DNA from: Deltaproteobacteria bacterium
Lineage (GTDB): Bacteria > Desulfobacterota > Desulfarculia > Adiutricales > JAFDHD01
DNA length: 47,978 nt
Direction of reading: 5' to 3'
NCBI GenBank assembly: GCA_019306365.1
Contig: JAFDLS010000002.1
Coordinates: forward strand, 1-47,978
Shown here: positions 43,349 through 47,978 of the stretch, piece by piece
How positions within the stretch are numbered: the stretch's first letter is position 1
Layout of the letters: each line of letters starts with the position of its first letter
Position numbers and translations under genes: made by a program
The notes under the pieces: model-generated
Databases searched by the model: none
The model's input: the letters and a program-made list of their open reading frames with translations, nothing else
Told to the model about the DNA's origin: nothing

Positions 43349-44704
43349 TTACAGGTTATACTCCTTGATCTTGTTCAGAAGAGTTTGGCGGGTAATCCCC
43401 AGCATGGCCGCGGACTTGGTCCGGTTGCCGCCGGTCTCCTCAAGAGTCCTTTGAATGAGTTCAGCCTCGACTTCCCTGATGGTCATCCCGGCGGCCAGAC
43501 TGTGATCTGACCTGTCTTTAACTGACTCTGACTGAATGGCAAGAGGCAGGTCCTCGAATTCGATCTGATCTCCCCGTGTCAGGACTACGGCCCTTTCGAC
43601 AGCATTTATAAGTTCACGCACGTTTCCCGGCCAGGTATGAGCGGTCAGGGCCTTGAGGGCACGGGGTCGGAAGCCTTTGATAACTCTTTTATTTCGAACC
43701 GCTGATTCGGCCAGAAAATGTTCGGCCAGGCAGGTGATCTCCGAAGGCCCCCGCTCTCTGAGATTCGGCACGGTGATTTGCACCACATTCAGACGGTAAT
43801 ACAGGTCTTCCCTGAAATTACCTTTTTCTATCTCCTCCTCCAGATCGCGGTTGGAGGCGGTCAGCAGGCGTACGTCCGCCTTCAGGCTCCTGGTTCCTCC
43901 CAGCCGTTCAAAGGTTCGTTCCTCTAAAATCCTCAGCAGCTTGGCTTGAATGGCCAGCGATAATTCGCCTATTTCGTCAAGAAACAGGACGCCTTTGTCG
44001 GCCAGTTCAAAGCGGCCTATCTTGCGCTGGTGCGCGCCTGTAAAGGCACCTTTTTCATGCCCGAAAAGTTCGCTTTCCAACAGGGTTTCAGGCAGGGCGG
44101 CGCAGTTGATAGCCACAAAGGGTTTATCACGGCGTGGGCTGTTACCGTGCAACGCCCGGGCAACCACCTCCTTGCCAGAGCCGCTTTCCCCCAAAATAAG
44201 CACTGTGGCTTCGGATGGAGCCACCAGGGCCAGGGTTTCTTTCAAAGCGAGCATCGGGGCGCTGTGCCCCTTGAGCTTTTTGAAGTCAAACTTGCTGGCT
44301 AACTCTTCCTCCCGGCGTGACTGAATCTCTTCCAGATCCTTCAGTTTCAGAACCTTTTCAATTTTAAGCAGGAGTTCATCCGTGTCCAGGGGCTTGGTCA
44401 GGTAATCCTCGGCCCCCATCTTGAGCGCTTTAACCGCCGAATCTATGGATCCAAAGGCGGTCATAATGATTACCGGAATTGGCAGGCCGGAATCAGACAG
44501 GGTTTCAAGAACCTCAAGACCATCCATGCCCGGCATTCTAAGATCAAGGAGGATCAGGTCCGGGGTATCGGAAACAGCCAGATCAATCGCTTCCTCGCCG
44601 GTGCCAGCTTCAAGGGTTTCAAAATCAGCTTCCTCCAGGTGAGCCTTGAGCATGAGCCGATGAGCTGATTCGTCATCCACAATTAATATAAGCTTGCGAG
44701 TCAC
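43349..44704 (-). CDS. Sigma54-dependent two-component response regulator (NtrC/ZraR/AtoC family)
   Basis: REC domain (DDE...[14 protein letters not shown]), AAA+ domain with GESGSGKE and GAFTGA, and a C-terminal Fis-type HTH ([11 protein letters not shown]). Confidence 0.9.
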   Translation of the reverse strand: MTRKLILIVDDESAHRLMLKAHLEEADFETLEAGTGEEAIDLAVSDTPDLILLDLRMPGMDGLEVLETLSDSGLPIPVIIMTAFGSIDSAVKALKMGAEDYLTKPLDTDELLLKIEKVLKLKDLEEIQSRREEELASKFDFKKLKGHSAPMLALKETLALVAPSEATVLILGESGSGKEVVARALHGNSPRRDKPFVAINCAALPETLLESELFGHEKGAFTGAHQRKIGRFELADKGVLFLDEIGELSLAIQAKLLRILEERTFERLGGTRSLKADVRLLTASNRDLEEEIEKGNFREDLYYRLNVVQITVPNLRERGPSEITCLAEHFLAESAVRNKRVIKGFRPRALKALTAHTWPGNVRELINAVERAVVLTRGDQIEFEDLPLAIQSESVKDRSDHSLAAGMTIREVEAELIQRTLEETGGNRTKSAAMLGITRQTLLNKIKEYNL

Positions 44705-46467
44705 GATTCCTCCATTGTTTCATTTGAGGCCCCGGAAAAGTAAAGGGAAATTTCCGCGCCTTGATCTCCTTGACCGCCCACGATAACCCGTCCGCCGTGA
44801 GCTTCCATGATCCGGGCTACCAGGGACAAACCCAAACCGGTTCCCTGATCCTTGGTAGTATAAAATGGATCAAAAAGGCGGAAGCGGTCTTCATCGTTAA
44901 ATCCGGGCCCGGTATCCTCAACCCGCACCACCGCGAACGAGGCTTCCAGGAAACTGCTGACTTTCAGCGTGCCGCCCTCAGGCATGGCCTCGATTCCGTT
45001 GAGCATTATATTTAAGATGGCCTGGATGGCCTGGTCCCGGTCAGCCATGGCAACTACCGGATCAGGGGACAGGGCCTTTTCAATATTCACTTCTTGATGT
45101 CGAGCGTCATCTGTAATCAGACCCAATGTGTGCTTGATCACGTCGTTGAGGTCGATACGCTTGAGATCCGGGTCACGCGGGCGTGCAAAATCCAGCAGAC
45201 TTGTCATTACCCGGTTCAAACGGTCGATCTCATCAACCATCACTTTGAGGTACTTGGCCTCCCTGCTGGCATCATCCAGATCCCGGGCCAGAAATCGAGC
45301 CAGTCCGCGCATGGAACTCAAGGGATTACGAACCTCATGGGCCACCCCAGCGGCTAAACGGCCCACGGCGGCCAGTTTTTCACTCTGTCGCACCTGTTCT
45401 TCAAGGTCTTTTATTTGGCTTAAATCCCGTAAAATAAACACAGTACCCGTGCCTTGATTGCCTTCTGTGTCGGCTGGGGCTACAGCGGCGCTGACCGCAA
45501 GGGGTATGGACCGATTATTTCCTGTCGAAACGCTGAATTCCTGTTCAAGCAGAGGGCTTCCTCTCTCCAGGCGGGGCAGGAACTCCTCGGCCAGTGATTT
45601 GATCACCGGTTGATCGGCCAGTTGTTTTTCGTCCGCCTCACCCCACTCAAAAATCTCACGCGCCGCCCGATTTATCATGACCAGTTCGCCGTTTTGGTCT
45701 AAAGTGATCAGGCCGTTGGGCATATTATCAACAATACCGCTGGTATACGTGCTCAAGTTCCGAAGCGTTCTATCTATAGTTCGATAATTCTGCAGGACAA
45801 AGATAAAGTAAATCGCGCCAAACCCGACCAGGAAAAGCAGGCCGGTCATTATCAAGGCATGCTGGATCTGGTTTCGCCTGCTCGATAGGTAGGCTTCCGT
45901 TTTCAACCCAACCAGAATGACCCTCGGCTGAAGAAGCTTTATCAGCCTCTCCGGCCGATTCTTCATCATGTCTGACCGGTGATCCATCATTCCCGGCCAG
46001 GGCATCATCCCGGGTCTCCGAAATTCGTTCAGTCTGAGTCGCCGGCCAGAAAGATAGAGCTGCTCGTTCTGAAACCAGCTCACGGCCTGGTCAGTTCTTA
46101 AAGGGCTGACTATTTCATTATAATTTTGGAGAACGCGCCCGGTAAGTTCAGGATTGGAATGAGCCAGAACCACGCCCCGGTCATCCAGCAGGGTAATAAA
46201 GGCCACATCACTGCTCTGGGACATTTCATGGATGAGCCCCTGCAATGATTCCTGCTGCCAGGTCCAGAACCTCCAGCCGGTTCGGAGGCCGGCGGTAAGA
46301 CCTGAAACCACCGCCGCTCCCTGAGCGGCCAGGATTCGCTCCGCCTGTTTCCCGCTTCGGTCCAGGTTAAAGTAAGTCGTAAAAGCAAGAACCGTTAAGA
46401 GCACCATGGCGGCGGCCAGAAGTCCGACCACAGGCAGGAATAGTTTTTTAACGGTGGGCCGACGCAA
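44701..46467 (-). CDS. Sensor histidine kinase (two TM helices, periplasmic domain, PAS, HisKA, HATPase_c)
   Basis: H-box AHEVRNPL, PAS-like NMPNGLITLDQNGELVMINRAA, G boxes DTGPGF / GTGLGLS. The start is uncertain: a TTG directly after the upstream TGA. Confidence 0.85.
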   Translation of the reverse strand: MRRPTVKKLFLPVVGLLAAAMVLLTVLAFTTYFNLDRSGKQAERILAAQGAAVVSGLTAGLRTGWRFWTWQQESLQGLIHEMSQSSDVAFITLLDDRGVVLAHSNPELTGRVLQNYNEIVSPLRTDQAVSWFQNEQLYLSGRRLRLNEFRRPGMMPWPGMMDHRSDMMKNRPERLIKLLQPRVILVGLKTEAYLSSRRNQIQHALIMTGLLFLVGFGAIYFIFVLQNYRTIDRTLRNLSTYTSGIVDNMPNGLITLDQNGELVMINRAAREIFEWGEADEKQLADQPVIKSLAEEFLPRLERGSPLLEQEFSVSTGNNRSIPLAVSAAVAPADTEGNQGTGTVFILRDLSQIKDLEEQVRQSEKLAAVGRLAAGVAHEVRNPLSSMRGLARFLARDLDDASREAKYLKVMVDEIDRLNRVMTSLLDFARPRDPDLKRIDLNDVIKHTLGLITDDARHQEVNIEKALSPDPVVAMADRDQAIQAILNIMLNGIEAMPEGGTLKVSSFLEASFAVVRVEDTGPGFNDEDRFRLFDPFYTTKDQGTGLGLSLVARIMEAHGGRVIVGGQGDQGAEISLYFSGASNETMEES

Positions 46468-46692
46468 TCAACTGGCTCCATACCCGGCCGCTTCGACCGC
46501 GGCCGCCAGGTCTTTGCGGCCGACCTTGTCTTTTTCTACAGTGACCACAGCCTTTTGAGCCTGGTGATCGGCCGCGGCTTTCTTGACGCCCTTGATGTTG
46601 AGAAGAGCCTCCTTAACCCGCGCTTCACAATGGCCGCAAGACATGCCCGTAACATTAAGCTCTATTTTCTCGTCTTTACTAAAAAAATTCAT
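46468..46692 (-). CDS. Heavy-metal-associated (HMA) domain protein, CopZ-like
   Basis: GMSCGHCEARVKEAL metal-binding loop. Start moved to ATG 46692, which has GGAGGA 7 nt upstream. Confidence 0.85.
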   Translation of the reverse strand: MNFFSKDEKIELNVTGMSCGHCEARVKEALLNIKGVKKAAADHQAQKAVVTVEKDKVGRKDLAAAVEAAGYGAS

Positions 46693-46746
46693 CGCGACTT
46701 CCTCCAAATTACGATAATACGTAATTATTAAAAATATATAAGGTCT

Positions 46747-46764
46747 AACCAGGAGATATGCCAG
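46747..46764 (-). promoter_or_regulatory. Weak sigma54-promoter-like element upstream of the HMA-kinase-regulator operon
   Basis: On the minus strand CTGGCATATCTCCTGGTT. There is a good -24 TGGCAT, but the -12 reads TGG instead of TGC. It lies about 55 nt upstream of the ATG. Confidence 0.2.
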
Positions 46765-46788
46765 TTTTACATCTATTTTATAGTAATT

Positions 46789-46972
46789 GCCGGAATTATT
46801 TTCCGTTTGATTACTAAGCTAAATCAAGCCTTTACCAGCGGCTGACATGATGTAACAGGCGGCAATTACATGATGTTTTGGCGTTTGTCGTAAGATGGCT
46901 TAGGAGAATGGCCAAAATTATACCTACTCCTGCCCCAAAGCCAAACGGAACTTATTTATGACAAACGCTCTA
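46789..46972 (-). repeat. Family-1 structured intergenic repeat, copy 3 (compact full-length form)
   Basis: The reverse complement reads TAGAGCGTTTGTCATAAATAAGTTCCGTTTGGC...CTTACGACAAACGCC...GTAATTGCCG...CGGCAATTACTATA. Confidence 0.9.
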
Positions 46973-47267
46973 TTCATTAAGGTTTAGTTTCCCAATACCG
47001 CCCTTATGAAATTTTGAGAAATTTCTGTACCTAATTTAGGTTAGGCAATGAATGTGCCACAAAGGGCTATAAGCCAATAGAATAACTTAATATACAGATA
47101 AGACTGCAATTGTCTCATTAAGTCTCTCGGTGGGTATCATAGAAAAGCAAGGCTAAACTGTCTAATTTTTTTACACGTAAAATTAAGTGTTAAAAAATTA
47201 GACAGCACTCTCTTTCCAACCGCCAATCAAGGCATGCGTAAGACAGCAAGGATAGTAAACGGATTTA

Positions 47268-47717
47268 TCAGGCTGAATCTTTTCTGGGAGGTTTGATAAT
47301 CAAGATCGGAACGGGGCTGTTCCGAGCGATTTTTTCAGCCATACTGCCAAAGACGATCCGGTTTAATCCCTGCCGGCCGTGCGTACCCATAATAACCAGA
47401 TCTATTTCGTTTTCTTCAATGAATGTGACAATCTCAGTGGCCGGGTCGCCAATCAGGATGTGGCTGGAAAAGTTCTTCCCCTGTAAGCGCGCATCGCAAA
47501 AATCTTTCATCTTCTTTTCCGCCCCTTTTTGAATATCCAAATTAAAGCTGTATATCGAAGGATGAGGCACGTCGAGCTCGGTAAAATAGGTCAGATCGCG
47601 AGCGACATAGAGGACGAAGATTTGGGATTCGAACTTTTCAGCGGTAGTGGTAACATAATTTATCATTTCCTCCTGGACTTCGGAAAAGTCGATCGGGAAA
47701 AGAATCTTGTTAAACAT
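47268..47717 (-). CDS. Universal stress protein (UspA family)
   Basis: KILFPIDFSE ... LVIMGTHGRQGL ... GSMAEKIARNSPVPILII. Start moved to ATG 47717, which has GGAGG 8 nt upstream. Confidence 0.85.
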   Translation of the reverse strand: MFNKILFPIDFSEVQEEMINYVTTTAEKFESQIFVLYVARDLTYFTELDVPHPSIYSFNLDIQKGAEKKMKDFCDARLQGKNFSSHILIGDPATEIVTFIEENEIDLVIMGTHGRQGLNRIVFGSMAEKIARNSPVPILIIKPPRKDSA

Positions 47718-47978
47718 AATTTGCACCTCCCTGTCAATAATTACAAATTAAGAAATAGCAATAAGCGCCCAACACTCGAATTATTTTCCACTTATCTTTC
47801 CTTTTCGGTGTGAATCATGCCAATACAACGCTGGTTCTATGCGGTGATCTGTTAATCTCAAGTTGATACGATATCTATTATTTACCTGAATTAATTTTAA
47901 AAAACAAGTCTGGTCTTGCTTTCTTAAGAAACCACTTGAGTAAAAATAAATTTTACGGGGTCGCCCAGTTACCTAATT

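Overview
This 48-kb chromosomal window has gene content typical of a strictly anaerobic, Wood-Ljungdahl-type bacterium. It is probably Desulfobacterota/deltaproteobacterium-like, but that is inference from gene content only. Most of the window is core metabolism and housekeeping. No prophage, defence island, CRISPR array, rRNA or tRNA was recognised. Left to right: (1) an ADP-forming acyl-CoA-synthetase-like CoA-binding protein. (2) A lone type IV pilin gene. (3) A minus-strand operon with NuoE-like and NuoF-like flavoprotein subunits plus a small 2Fe-2S ferredoxin. It has no hydrogenase or formate dehydrogenase catalytic gene. Five small genes sit between the subunits: DRTGG, RsbW-like ATPase, DRTGG, PHP phosphoesterase, stand-alone GHKL ATPase. 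(4) A methyltransferase / GT4 / GT4 / methyltransferase cassette. (5) A methyl-branch C1 and redox cluster, fhs | giant HdrA-GltD-HdrA fusion - mvhD - metV - metF. Here mvhD is only full length if an in-frame UGA is read as selenocysteine, which the ORF track missed. (6) Divergent nfnAB, folE2, an AICAR-formyltransferase-only PurH-like gene, and cysC. (7) Housekeeping genes recO, rodZ-like, asnS, two parvulin/SurA-type PPIases, mfd and a DUF62 SAM hydroxide adenosyltransferase. (8) Thiolase, crotonase and acyl-CoA dehydrogenase. (9) A DAG-kinase-family lipid kinase. (10) An HMA (CopZ-like) protein, a sensor kinase with a Met-rich periplasmic loop and a sigma54-dependent response regulator. (11) A universal stress protein. 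The least explained signal is non-coding. Two unrelated families of structured intergenic repeats occupy almost every long intergenic gap. Family 1 is about 130-235 nt with multiple stems, no terminal inverted repeats and four copies. Family 2 is about 135-205 bp and MITE/Correia-like, with GAGACCTCTGCAAAAC terminal inverted repeats and 0-2 copies of an internal hairpin module; it has five copies. My best candidates for something undescribed are the kinase/phosphoesterase-like cassette inside the orphan NuoEF operon and the Family-1 RNA-like elements. Neither can be proven from sequence alone.
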